The position numbers and the translations under genes were made by a program. Source: Malacoraja senta (lineage: Eukaryota). From it: 64,000 bases of DNA. Positions 62,871 through 64,000 of this stretch are shown here, one piece after another. Location of the stretch: positions 161,200,001-161,264,000 of the forward strand of contig CM075977.1 of the NCBI GenBank assembly GCA_038087875.1, written 5' to 3'. Position 1 is the stretch's first letter. Every line of letters starts with the position of its first letter. Below the pieces are notes generated by a model. That model was given only the letters and a program-made list of their open reading frames with translations. It was not told the DNA's origin and made no database searches.

Positions 62871-62972
62871 CTGATTTTCCCACAGAATTGTCATAAGACG
62901 CAGAGATATGGCTTTAAGTTTTGGTGTTTTCCGCATCATTTGTATGGCATGAATTATCTGAGCAACACAAAC
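62871..62972 (-). CDS. FOCAD: FOCAD exon B: VCVAQIIHAIQMMRKTPKLKAISLRLMTILWENQ
   Basis: tattag acceptor, gtgaga donor; 102 nt; follows a 117-nt intron; similar to focadhesin VCIGQILR..TPRLRAVTLRLLTSLWEKQ. Confidence 0.92.
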
Positions 62973-63089
62973 CTAATATCAGAAGGTGAAAGGGTTAGAA
63001 GTCAGCTTGCCAACAATTTTGCACCTTTAATTACTTTCAAAATACTCACAACTCTCTTAGCTTGATGAATACTATTTCATAACACAAAC

Positions 63090-63194
63090 CTTGTGTGTGC
63101 CCAGAGCAGGAAGAGTATAAAGGATAGCATGACACAAAGTTGGTTCGAGTGGCCTTCCCAATTTGAACATCAAAACAGAAATCAGATGTGGTAC
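63090..63194 (-). CDS. FOCAD: FOCAD internal exon A (first in window): VPHLISVLMFKLGRPLEPTLCHAILYTLPALGTHK
   Basis: Manual translation matches my recollection of vertebrate focadhesin (..VLMFKLGRPLEP..ILYTLP.LG.HK); ttgtag acceptor, gtttgt donor; 105 nt, phase 0/0. Confidence 0.93.
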
Positions 63195-63404
63195 CTACAA
63201 TGAAAAACAATGGCGGACTACATTACTTGGCCACTACCCAAGGAACTAATTAGGTATCATTAAATAAATGTGGAGTTCTCTTCAACATAGTTAAAATTAA
63301 GGAAAAGCTGTAAAGCTACTTCATCAAAACAACAATTTAATTGACTCAACATCAAGATGGTGAAATGTTGGAATCATAAAAACATATTGCAAAATTATGA
63401 GTCC

Positions 63405-64000
63405 TTTCAGTTCTCCCCGTACATGCCGACCACGATGCTCATCAACGCTAAACCAATTTGGCTGGGTTAGGCCCATAACCCCCTAAGCCTTTCCTATCCA
63501 TGTACCTGTCCAAACACCTATTAAATGTTGTAATTATATCTGCCTCTACTACCTCCTCTGTAGCTTGATTCAGATATTCACCATCCTGTGTGTGAAAAAC
63601 TGATTTGTTCCCTCTTTGTTCTCTAGTTCCAGGCTCCTTTGCTTTGGGGAAAATAGATCCTTAATATCTATCTTCTCTGTGCCCCTCAAACTGTTCTAGA
63701 ACTCTATTAGGTCACTCCTCGGCCTCCTACGTTCCAGCAAGTAAAACCCAGTCTATGCGATATCTCCTGATATCTACAGCCCTCCATTCCAGGTAAGACC
63801 CTGGTGATATTCTTCTGAAAACTCACCATCACTACATCTTTCCTGTGGTCTAGTGACCAGAACTATAAAATATACTCCATGTGCAGTCAAACCAATGATT
63901 TGTACAAATGCAGCACGATGTCCTAACTCATGCACTCAATGCCTCAGCCTATGAAGGTAAACATACTAAATGCTTTTCACTACCCTGTCCACCAATGTCA
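63405..64000 (-). mobile_element. Decayed CR1 3' fragment running off the window
   Basis: Nucleotide similarity to the other CR1 3' ends here. Confidence 0.65.

Overview
Vertebrate genomic DNA, most likely a skate/ray (inferred from the repeat landscape: HE1-like SINEs, CR1/HER1-like and Rex1/Babar LINEs, Penelope tails). The whole window lies inside one minus-strand gene, FOCAD (focadhesin/KIAA1797). I traced 15 internal exons with canonical AG/GT sites and consistent phases (1641 nt, 547 codons, no stop); the gene extends beyond both window ends. The introns are dense with nested mobile elements: two decayed full-length Mag-like Gypsy LTR retrotransposons with 5-bp TSDs, two Penelope-like (RT + GIY-YIG) copies, a Tc1 IR/DR transposon, P-like, Harbinger-like and 7-bp-TSD DNA elements, and many LINE/SINE fragments. 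Almost all ORFs in the track are TE debris or noise. The most interesting non-obvious signals are (1) about 15 dispersed Penelope-derived short elements carrying a minimal type I hammerhead ribozyme core, several with their own TSDs and some as head-to-head palindromes; (2) a GC-rich non-coding retroelement family with a covarying 3' RNA hairpin; and (3) a 30-bp micro-transposon with TIRs and an 8-bp TSD. All alignments were done by eye, and family names come from motif recognition, not database searches.
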